Assembly (NCBI GenBank): GCA_963727525.1
Contig: CAVSGO010000007.1
Coordinates: forward strand, 640,001 to 704,000
DNA: 64,000 nucleotides
Direction: 5' to 3'
From: an uncultured bacterium
Lineage (GTDB): Bacteria; Krumholzibacteriota; Krumholzibacteriia; LZORAL124-64-63
The notes under the pieces are model-generated. The model made no database searches and was not told the DNA's origin. It was given only the letters and a program-made list of their open reading frames with translations. The number at the start of each line of letters is the position of its first letter. Positions within the stretch are counted from its first letter, which is position 1. Shown here in pieces: positions 56,749 to 64,000 of this stretch. Both the position numbers and the translations under genes were made by a program.

Positions 56749-58842
56749 TTGAAGAGCTATCCAGTGGACAAGATCCGGAATATCGCCCTCATCGCTCCGC
56801 ATGGCGTCGGCAAGACGTCGATCGGCGATGCCATGCTGCACCTGACCGGGAAGGTCGGACGGCGTGGCAATGTCGACGATGGCAGCTCGGTCTTCGACTT
56901 CCTCGACGAGGAGATCGAGAAGAAGGAGACCGTCAGCGCATCGCTGGCCTGGACGGAGGTCGGTGGCTGCAAGATCAACATCATTGACACTCCGGGTGTC
57001 GATGATTTTCGCGGCGACGTCTATGCCTCCCTGGCCGCCATCGAGGGCGCGGTCTTCGTCGTCAAGGCCGACGGTGGCTGGGAAGTGGCGTCGGACAGTC
57101 TGTGGCATCTGCTGCGCGGACACGACATGCCCACCCTGGTCGTGATCAATCGCATGAATAAGGAGCACGCGCACTGGCAGGAAACGCTGGCGTCGATCCA
57201 GGAACGCGTGGGTCCCAACGCCGTGCCAGTGCAGCTGCCCTGGGGCGATGGCGAGCATTTCAAGGGCGTGGTCGACCTGCTCACGATGAACGCTTACGAG
57301 TTCGAGGGTGGCAATCGCGTGCAGCGTGACATCCCGGCTGCTCTGAAGGATACGGCGGCGCGCGCGCGCGAGGCCCTCATGGATCCGGCGGCCGAGGCCG
57401 TCGACGCGCTCATGGAGAAGTACCTGGAGGAGGGGAACCTCACCGACGAGGAACTGGCCCAGGGCCTGAATGCGGGCATCACCGCGGGCACGATCTTCCC
57501 CGTCTTCTACACCGCGGCCGACACCGAGATCGGCGTGATGACGTTGCTCGAGGCCGTCACGACGCTCATCCCCAGCCCGGCCACCCGTACCGAGATCAAG
57601 GGCATCGACCCGGACACCAAGGCCGAGGCCACGTTCGCGTGCAGCCCCGACGGCGACCAGCTCGTGTACGGCTTCAAGAAGCAGTACGAGGCCCAGGGCG
57701 GCGATATCGTGTGGCTCCGCGTGTTCAGCGGTCACGTCAAGAGTGGTGACAACCTCACGACCAGCACCGGCGCCGGTGCCGAGCGCCTGGGCCAGATGAG
57801 CGCCGCCATCGGCAAGACGAAGGACAAGGTCGAGGACGTGACCATGGGCGACATCGTGCAGGCTGCCAAGCTCAAGATCACGGCCACCGGCACCACTCTG
57901 CATTCGCAGGGCAAGGCCTTCGCCCTGCCGCCGATCCCTTACCCCGTGCCCACCTTCGCCGAGGCGATCACGCCGACCGTAGCGGGCGACGAGGACAAGA
58001 TGGCCTCCGGCATCAACCGTATCCACGAGGAAGACCCGTCCTTCGAGATGCGGCACATGGCCGACCTGCACCAGACGCTCCTGGTGACGCAGGGCGAGAT
58101 CCACACCAGCTTCATTCTCGAGAAGCTGAAGAAGCTCAACGGCGTCGAGGTCGAGCGCTCACGTCCGCGCGTCGCGTTCAAGGAGACCGTCGAGGGCAAG
58201 ACCGAGAAGCAGGGCCGGCACAAGAAGCAGACCGGCGGTCGCGGTCAGTTCGGCGACGTGCACCTGCGGATCGAGGCCCGGGCCCGCGGCGAGGGCTTCG
58301 AGTTCGCTGACGAGATCGTCGGCGGCGTGGTGCCCAACAAGTTCATCCCCGCCGTCGAGAAGGGTGCGCGTGAGACGCTCAGGGAAGGCCTGATCGCCGG
58401 CTACGAGATGGTCGACGTCAGGGTGGCCCTGTTCTTCGGTTCGTACCACAACGTCGACTCGAGCGAGGCCGCATTCAAGTCGGCCACCCGCATCGCCCTG
58501 CGCAAGGCTGTGGAGGAAGACGCCGACAAGCTGCGGCCGATCATCCTCGAGCCCGTGATGCTGGTGCGCATCGTCGTGCCGCAGGCGTACATGGGCGACG
58601 TCATGGGCGACATTTCCACGCGCCGCGGCTCCATTCAGGGTAGCGACACCGACGGCCCCTACCAGGTCGTCAAGGCGCATGTCCCGGAGGACGAGCTGTA
58701 CGGCTATGCCACCACCCTGCGGTCGATGACGCAGGGCACGGGCACCTTCACCATGGAGTTCTCGCACTACGCCAAGGTACCCGGCGACGTGCAGAAACGC
58801 CTGATGGAGGAATACAAGAAGCGCCATACCGAGAGCGAATAG
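56749..58842 (+). CDS. fusA: Elongation factor G paralogue (EF-G2-like, divergent G motifs)
   Basis: IRNIALI, GKTS, DTPG, EEDPSF, GEIH, HKKQTGGRGQFGDV, GSYHNVDSS, ILEPVM, GDVMGD, LRSMTQG. TTG start after GGAGG. Confidence 0.92.
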   Translation: MKSYPVDKIRNIALIAPHGVGKTSIGDAMLHLTGKVGRRGNVDDGSSVFDFLDEEIEKKETVSASLAWTEVGGCKINIIDTPGVDDFRGDVYASLAAIEGAVFVVKADGGWEVASDSLWHLLRGHDMPTLVVINRMNKEHAHWQETLASIQERVGPNAVPVQLPWGDGEHFKGVVDLLTMNAYEFEGGNRVQRDIPAALKDTAARAREALMDPAAEAVDALMEKYLEEGNLTDEELAQGLNAGITAGTIFPVFYTAADTEIGVMTLLEAVTTLIPSPATRTEIKGIDPDTKAEATFACSPDGDQLVYGFKKQYEAQGGDIVWLRVFSGHVKSGDNLTTSTGAGAERLGQMSAAIGKTKDKVEDVTMGDIVQAAKLKITATGTTLHSQGKAFALPPIPYPVPTFAEAITPTVAGDEDKMASGINRIHEEDPSFEMRHMADLHQTLLVTQGEIHTSFILEKLKKLNGVEVERSRPRVAFKETVEGKTEKQGRHKKQTGGRGQFGDVHLRIEARARGEGFEFADEIVGGVVPNKFIPAVEKGARETLREGLIAGYEMVDVRVALFFGSYHNVDSSEAAFKSATRIALRKAVEEDADKLRPIILEPVMLVRIVVPQAYMGDVMGDISTRRGSIQGSDTDGPYQVVKAHVPEDELYGYATTLRSMTQGTGTFTMEFSHYAKVPGDVQKRLMEEYKKRHTESE

Positions 58843-58856
58843 GAGGGGGCGCGGCC

Positions 58857-59606
58857 ATGTCGGGACACTCCAAATGGTCGACCATCAAGCACAAGAAGGC
58901 GGCCACGGACGCCAAGCGTGCCAAGGTCTGGTCGCGGATCATCCGCGAGATCACGATCGCGTCTCGTCTTGGCGGCGGTGATGCCGACGCCAACCCGCGA
59001 CTGCGCGCCGCGCTCCTGACGGCCAAGGGCGCCAACATGCCCAAGGACACCGTCGAGAAGGCAATCAAGCGCGGCGCCGGTGATCTCGACGGTGCGATGT
59101 ACGAGGAGATCATGTACGAGGGCTACGGCCCCGGCGGCGTGGCCATCCTCGTCGAGACGCAGACGGACAACAAGAATCGCACGGCGGCCGAGGTGCGGCA
59201 CGTATTCAACAAGTACGGGGGCAAGCTGGGCTCGTCCGGCTGCGTGTCGTACCTCTTCGAACGCAAGGGGCAGGTCACGCTCGCGGGCGAGGGCACGAAT
59301 CTCGACGCCGTGATGGAAGCCGCCATCGAGGCCGGCGCCGAGGACGTGGAACAGAGCGACGATGTCTTCCTCGTCACCACGGCGATGGAGGACCTCCAGG
59401 TGGTGAGCCTGGCGCTCGCAGAGGCGGGCCTCGCCGTGACCGGTTCCGAGCTGGTGCTCGAGCCGGCCACCACGGTGAAGATCCTCGAGGACGACGCGAA
59501 GTCGCTGCTGCGGCTGATCGACTACCTGGACGATCTCGACGACGTGGCCAATGTGGCGGCGAACTTCGACATCGACGACGATGTCATGAGCAAGCTAGAC
59601 TCCTGA
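58857..59606 (+). CDS. yebC: YebC/PmpR family protein
   Basis: MSGHSKWSTIKHKK, NPRLR, YEGYGPGG, TDNKNRT. Confidence 0.97.
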   Translation: MSGHSKWSTIKHKKAATDAKRAKVWSRIIREITIASRLGGGDADANPRLRAALLTAKGANMPKDTVEKAIKRGAGDLDGAMYEEIMYEGYGPGGVAILVETQTDNKNRTAAEVRHVFNKYGGKLGSSGCVSYLFERKGQVTLAGEGTNLDAVMEAAIEAGAEDVEQSDDVFLVTTAMEDLQVVSLALAEAGLAVTGSELVLEPATTVKILEDDAKSLLRLIDYLDDLDDVANVAANFDIDDDVMSKLDS

Positions 59607-59619
59607 GCACGATGCGGAC

Positions 59620-59649
59620 GGGGGGCGGTCCGCCGCTCCCCTTTTTTTT
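59620..59649 (+). terminator. Intrinsic terminator between yebC and ruvC
   Basis: GGGGGGCGG-tccg-CCGCTCCCC followed by T8. Confidence 0.75.
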
Positions 59650-59675
59650 GGCCCGGATGGACGAGGGGCAAGCCC

Positions 59676-60176
59676 GTGCACATTCTCGGCATCGATCCCG
59701 GATCGCGGGCGACCGGCTGGGGCGTGATCGTCACCGCGCCGACACTGCGCTGCGCGGGGGCGGGCGTGATCCGGCCCAGCGATGCCTTGCCGCTCGCGCA
59801 ACGCCTCGCCGAGATCCACGCCGGTCTGTGCGAGGTGCTCGAGCGCCACGAGCCGCAGACCATGGCGGTGGAGAGTCTCTTCAACGCGCGCAATGCGCGG
59901 TCGTCGCTCATCCTCGGGCATGCGCGCGGCGTGGTGCTGCTGGCAGGGGCGCAGGCAGGCCTCGCCGTCTCCGAGTACGCGCCCGGCGAGGTGAAGCGAG
60001 CCGTCACCGGCAATGGACAGGCCGGCAAGGAGCAGGTGCGCTTCATGGTGATGCGGCTCCTGGGTCTGCGCGAACAGCCACCGCTCGATCAGAGCGACGC
60101 CCTCGCGGTCGCCCTGGCCCACGCCAGCCGTCAGGCGAGTGCGCGGGTGTCGGCGGCGGCGAGGGGGGCCTCGTGA
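59676..60176 (+). CDS. ruvC: Holliday junction resolvase RuvC
   Basis: ILGIDPG..TGWG, AVE, GHARG, VK.AVTGNG.A.KEQV, DQSDALAVA. Confidence 0.96.
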   Translation: MHILGIDPGSRATGWGVIVTAPTLRCAGAGVIRPSDALPLAQRLAEIHAGLCEVLERHEPQTMAVESLFNARNARSSLILGHARGVVLLAGAQAGLAVSEYAPGEVKRAVTGNGQAGKEQVRFMVMRLLGLREQPPLDQSDALAVALAHASRQASARVSAAARGAS

Positions 60177-60796
60177 TCGCGTTCGTGGAGGGCGTGCTCG
60201 TGCGTGGCGGCACCGATGCCGTGGTCGCGGTGGCCGGCGGCGGCGTGGGGCTCGACGTGCTGCTCTCCAGCCGCGGCGCCGAACGTCTCCCCGCGGTGGG
60301 CGATCCCGTGCGGCTGTGGACCCATCTCGCCGTGCGCGAGGATGCCTGGACGCTCTATGGTTTCTCCGAGGCCGACGAGCGCGCCATGTTCCGCATGCTG
60401 ATCTCGGTGACCGGCATCGGCCCGAAGGTGGCGCTGTCCATGCTGTCGGGCGCCGCGGCGGTGGATATCGCGCGATTCCTGCAACGCGGAGATGAGGCGG
60501 CTCTCTCGCGCCTGCCGGGTATCGGCAAGAAGAGCGCGGCTCGTCTGGTGGTGGAACTGGGGCAACGCGTGCCCGCGGCCATGGCCGGCGGTGCCGAGGA
60601 GGGTCTCGTGACGGCCCACGCCGCGGGCGAAGCGCTGGGCGAGGCGGCCGCGGTGCTGGCGTCCCTGGGCCTTGCGCCGGTGGAGGCCGAGGCCCTGCTG
60701 CGCGAGGCGCGGGCGCACGCGCCGGCGGTGGCCGAGGAGATCGAGACCTGGGTGAAGGCGGCGCTCGCGCGCCTGGCACAGTCCCGTGGACGATAG
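60173..60796 (+). CDS. ruvA: Holliday junction branch migration protein RuvA
   Basis: GGVG, VREDAWTLYGF, LISVTGIGPKVAL, PGIGKKSA.RLVVEL. Confidence 0.95.
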   Translation: MIAFVEGVLVRGGTDAVVAVAGGGVGLDVLLSSRGAERLPAVGDPVRLWTHLAVREDAWTLYGFSEADERAMFRMLISVTGIGPKVALSMLSGAAAVDIARFLQRGDEAALSRLPGIGKKSAARLVVELGQRVPAAMAGGAEEGLVTAHAAGEALGEAAAVLASLGLAPVEAEALLREARAHAPAVAEEIETWVKAALARLAQSRGR

Positions 60797-60835
60797 ACCG
60801 ACCAGGTAGACGACGACGATCGAAGAGGAAGACGC

Positions 60836-61867
60836 GTGGAAGACCCGAGATGGACCGACCCGGCCGACCAGCCTGGTGACAGCGATCTCGATCGCAGCCT
60901 GCGGCCGCGTTCGCTGGACGAGTTCGTCGGGCAGGAGGCGGTGAAGGCCAACCTGCGCGTCTTCGTGGCGGCGGCCCGGCAGCGCGGCGAGGTGCTCGAC
61001 CACGTGCTGCTCTACGGTCCGCCCGGCCTGGGCAAGACCACTCTCGCGCAGATCCTGGCCCAGGAGATGGGCCTGGAGATGCGCCTTACCAGCGGACCGG
61101 CATTCCAGAACAGCGCCGAGCTGGTGGCCCTGCTCTCGGAGCAGAGCGAGCCGCGCCTTCTCTTCATCGACGAGATCCACCGCCTCAACCGGGTCATCGA
61201 GGAGCACCTGTACCCGGCGATGGAGGACTGGCGCGTCGAACTGGTCATCGACAAGGGCCCGGCCGCGCGGCATTTCAACCTGCAACTCGAGCCGTTCACC
61301 CTGGTGGGCGCCACGACGCGCGCGGGACTCATCACGCCCGCGCTGCGCAGCCGTTTCGGCATCGTCTGCCATCTCGACTTCTATCCCGCCCCTGAGCTCG
61401 CACGCATCGTCTCGCGCTCGGCGCGGCTGCTGCGCATCGCCGTCACGGACGAGGGGGCCCTGGAGATCGCGCGGCGCAGCCGCGGCACGCCGCGCGCCGC
61501 CAACCGCCTCCTGCGGCGGGTGCGCGATTTCGCCCAGGTCGACGGTCATGACACCATTGACCGCGCGGCCGCCGACCACGGGCTCGCTGCCCTGGGCGTC
61601 GACGCGCTCGGTCTCGAACCCCTCGACCGCCGCTACTTGCAGATCGTGGTCGAGCACTTCGGCGGCGGTCCGGTGGGCATCCAGAATCTCTCGGTATCCC
61701 TCGGCGAGGAGAGCGACACCCTGGAGGATGTGGTGGAACCCTTCCTCATCCAGAGCGGCCTCCTGCAGCGCACGCCGCGCGGGCGCGAGATCACCGCCAG
61801 CGGCTACCGTCACCTCGGCCTCGAGACGCCACGCCGCGGAGCCGACGCGCAGGGGGAGCTGCTCTGA
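60836..61867 (+). CDS. ruvB: Holliday junction DNA helicase RuvB
   Basis: [48 protein letters not shown]. Confidence 0.97.
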   Translation: MEDPRWTDPADQPGDSDLDRSLRPRSLDEFVGQEAVKANLRVFVAAARQRGEVLDHVLLYGPPGLGKTTLAQILAQEMGLEMRLTSGPAFQNSAELVALLSEQSEPRLLFIDEIHRLNRVIEEHLYPAMEDWRVELVIDKGPAARHFNLQLEPFTLVGATTRAGLITPALRSRFGIVCHLDFYPAPELARIVSRSARLLRIAVTDEGALEIARRSRGTPRAANRLLRRVRDFAQVDGHDTIDRAAADHGLAALGVDALGLEPLDRRYLQIVVEHFGGGPVGIQNLSVSLGEESDTLEDVVEPFLIQSGLLQRTPRGREITASGYRHLGLETPRRGADAQGELL

Positions 61868-61868
61868 G

Positions 61869-63062
61869 ATGGCCCGCGTTCCGGGCGACTACCACTTCGA
61901 CCTGCCGGCGGAGCTGATCGCGCAGGACCCGACGCCCGAACGGGCGGACTCGCGTCTGTTGCGCGTCGTGCGCGGCGGCGGCGTGTTGGGCGAGACGGCC
62001 TTCGCCGCCCTGCCCACGCTGCTGGCACCCGGCGATCTGCTGGTGGCCAACGACAGCCGCGTACTGCCCGCGCGCCTGCGCACCGTCCGCACGGACACGG
62101 GCGGCCGCGTGGAGGTGCTGCTGGTGCAACCGGCGCCAGCGGGGGAGAACGCCTGGCTCGCCCTCGCGCGCCCCACGCGGCGGCTGCGCGAGGGGCTGCA
62201 CCTGCGCATCGCCGCGCCGGACGGCGCGGTCCTCAGCGACATCCTGCTGCGCCTCGATGCGGTCGGCGACGCGGGCGAGATCACGGTGAGTGCTGCGGGG
62301 CACGATCTCGTGGACGTCGCCGACCAGTGGGGCGACATCCCGCTGCCGCCGTACATCCGCCGCGACACGAGCGCGCCCGACGCGGCCGCCCACCGTGCCC
62401 GCGACCGCGCGCGCTACCAGACCGTCTACGCCCGTGCCGCCGATCTGCCCGGCGCGTCGGTGGCCGCACCCACAGCCGGCCTACATTTCACGCCTGCGGT
62501 GCTCGATGCTCTCGCGGCACACGGGGTGGTTCTGGCGCGGGTCACCCTGCACGTGGGGCCCGGCACGTTCCGGCCGCCCACTGCGGACCAGATCGCGCAT
62601 GGGCGTCTGCATCCTGAGATCTTCCGCTTTCCGGCCACGCTCGACGCGCAACTCGCGGCCACTCGCGCGCGCGGCGGCCGGGTGATCGCCGTGGGAACGA
62701 CGAGCCTGCGCGTGCTGGCAACGCGCGCGGGCCTCGGATTGCCCACCGAGGCGCCGATGTCCACGGTGGTGCCGCACGACGACGCCGACGCCGTCTTTCG
62801 CGGCGTCGCCGTGCGCGAGGCGGCGGGCTGGCGCGTCGAGGGCGTCACGCGGCTCTTCATCCAGCCGCCGCAGACGGTCACCGCGGTCGACGGACTGCTC
62901 ACGAACTTCCATCTGCCAAGCTCGAGCCTGCTGATGCTGGTGGCAGCCTTCACGGGCGACGGGTCGTGGCGAGCCGCCTACGCCGAGGCCCTGGCGCGGC
63001 GGTTGCGCTTCTTCAGCTACGGCGACGCCATGCTCATCCTGCCGGAAGGATCCCGTGCATGA
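61869..63062 (+). CDS. queA: S-adenosylmethionine:tRNA ribosyltransferase-isomerase
   Basis: FDLPAELIAQ, NDSRVLPAR, PLPPYI, RYQTVYA, AAPTAGLHF, VGTT, TNFHLP.SSL, FFSYGDAM. Confidence 0.95.
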   Translation: MARVPGDYHFDLPAELIAQDPTPERADSRLLRVVRGGGVLGETAFAALPTLLAPGDLLVANDSRVLPARLRTVRTDTGGRVEVLLVQPAPAGENAWLALARPTRRLREGLHLRIAAPDGAVLSDILLRLDAVGDAGEITVSAAGHDLVDVADQWGDIPLPPYIRRDTSAPDAAAHRARDRARYQTVYARAADLPGASVAAPTAGLHFTPAVLDALAAHGVVLARVTLHVGPGTFRPPTADQIAHGRLHPEIFRFPATLDAQLAATRARGGRVIAVGTTSLRVLATRAGLGLPTEAPMSTVVPHDDADAVFRGVAVREAAGWRVEGVTRLFIQPPQTVTAVDGLLTNFHLPSSSLLMLVAAFTGDGSWRAAYAEALARRLRFFSYGDAMLILPEGSRA

Positions 63063-64000
63063 GCCTCCAGACCCCGTTCTCCTTCACTGTCGGCACCCGC
63101 GACTCGCGCTCACGCGCGCGGCTGGGCACCCTCGTCACGCCGCACGCCACGGTAGCCACGCCGGTGTTCATGCCGGTGGGTACGGCGGGTGCGGTGAAGG
63201 CCGTCACCTTCGACCAGGTCGCTGCGGCGGGGTACCGACTCATCCTCGGCAACACGTACCATCTCTACCTGCGGCCCGGCCACGGGTTGATCGAGGCGCT
63301 GGGCGGGTTGCACCGCTTCCAGGGCTGGTCGGGCGCGCTGCTCACCGACAGCGCCGGGTTCCAGGTCTTCTCGCTCGCCGGTCTGACCAGGGTGACGGAG
63401 GAGGGGGTGCACCTGCGCTCGCACCTCGACGGCAGTCCGCACTTCTTCACGCCCGAGCTGAGCATGGAAGTGCAGCTCGCTCTGGGCGCCGACATCGTCA
63501 TGGCGTTCGACGAGTGCGTGCCCTTCGGCGCCGACGCGACGGCGGTGGCGCACGGCGTGGATCGCACGACGCGCTGGCTGCAGCGCTGCATCGATACCTT
63601 CGGGCCCGACGGCCGCACCACGCGCTCGGGTTATGAGCGCGTGCTCTTCGGGATCATGCAGGGCGGTATCGACCCGGCTCAGCGCCGTCGCTCCGCGGCC
63701 GACCTCGTGGACCTCGACCTGCCGGGCTACGCCATCGGCGGCCTCTCCGTGGGCGAGCCGCCCGCCGCGATGCACGAGACCTGCGCGCTGGCGGCCGACC
63801 TCTTGCCCGATGACAGGCCGCGCTATCTCATGGGCGTGGGCTTTCCCGACGATCTGCTCGCCGGCGTGGAAGCGGGCGTCGACATGTTCGACTGCGTTTT
63901 GCCCACGCGCATGGCCCGCACAGGTACGGTGATGACCTGGGATGGCCGCCTGGTGATTCGCAACGGCGAGTTCGCGCGCGACGACCGGCCCATAGACGCC
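63059..64000 (+). CDS. tgt: tRNA-guanine transglycosylase, 3' end outside window (absent from the ORF track)
   Basis: Manual translation: MSLQTPFSF...ARLG...TPVFMPVGT, NTYHLYLRPG, LTDSAGFQVFSL, AFDEC, QGG, AIGGLSVGE, RYLMGVG, DMFDCVLPTR. ATGA overlap with queA. Confidence 0.95.
   Translation, partial: MSLQTPFSFTVGTRDSRSRARLGTLVTPHATVATPVFMPVGTAGAVKAVTFDQVAAAGYRLILGNTYHLYLRPGHGLIEALGGLHRFQGWSGALLTDSAGFQVFSLAGLTRVTEEGVHLRSHLDGSPHFFTPELSMEVQLALGADIVMAFDECVPFGADATAVAHGVDRTTRWLQRCIDTFGPDGRTTRSGYERVLFGIMQGGIDPAQRRRSAADLVDLDLPGYAIGGLSVGEPPAAMHETCALAADLLPDDRPRYLMGVGFPDDLLAGVEAGVDMFDCVLPTRMARTGTVMTWDGRLVIRNGEFARDDRPIDA

Overview
A high-GC bacterial chromosomal window, almost fully coding, with no transposase, integrase, phage, CRISPR or rRNA signal. 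PorV-family barrels, a T9SS-type C-terminal-domain protein, GWxTD proteins and ExbB-ExbD-ExbD-TonB suggest an FCB-group lineage such as Latescibacterota or Krumholzibacteriota (inference only). Housekeeping blocks are: M16 peptidase, KtrBA, uvrA, gcvT-H-PA-PB plus lipoate ligase, a dpp/opp-like ABC transporter, radC-mreBCD-mrdA-rodA-lgt-comF, pgk-secG-tRNA-Leu(GAG), a divergent EF-G paralogue, and yebC-ruvCAB-queA-tgt. The most intriguing region is a co-oriented envelope locus at about 26.8-43.5 kb. It runs TonB-dependent receptor, T9SS-CTD-bearing Cys-rich protein, PorV-like barrel, GWxTD protein, ExbB/ExbD/ExbD/TonB, TolC, ABC ATPase, GWxTD lipoprotein and rhomboid-TPR, and may be an uncharacterised TonB-energised surface display, export or capture system. 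Other oddities are a perfect 32-bp inverted repeat supplying -35 boxes to two divergent promoters, an EF-G paralogue with NKxD changed to NRMN, a pure KKKAT-repeat histone-like protein, a shared 12-bp motif upstream of two promoters, and a terminator/antiterminator pair between yebC and ruvC. All calls come from motif recognition by eye, without database searches.
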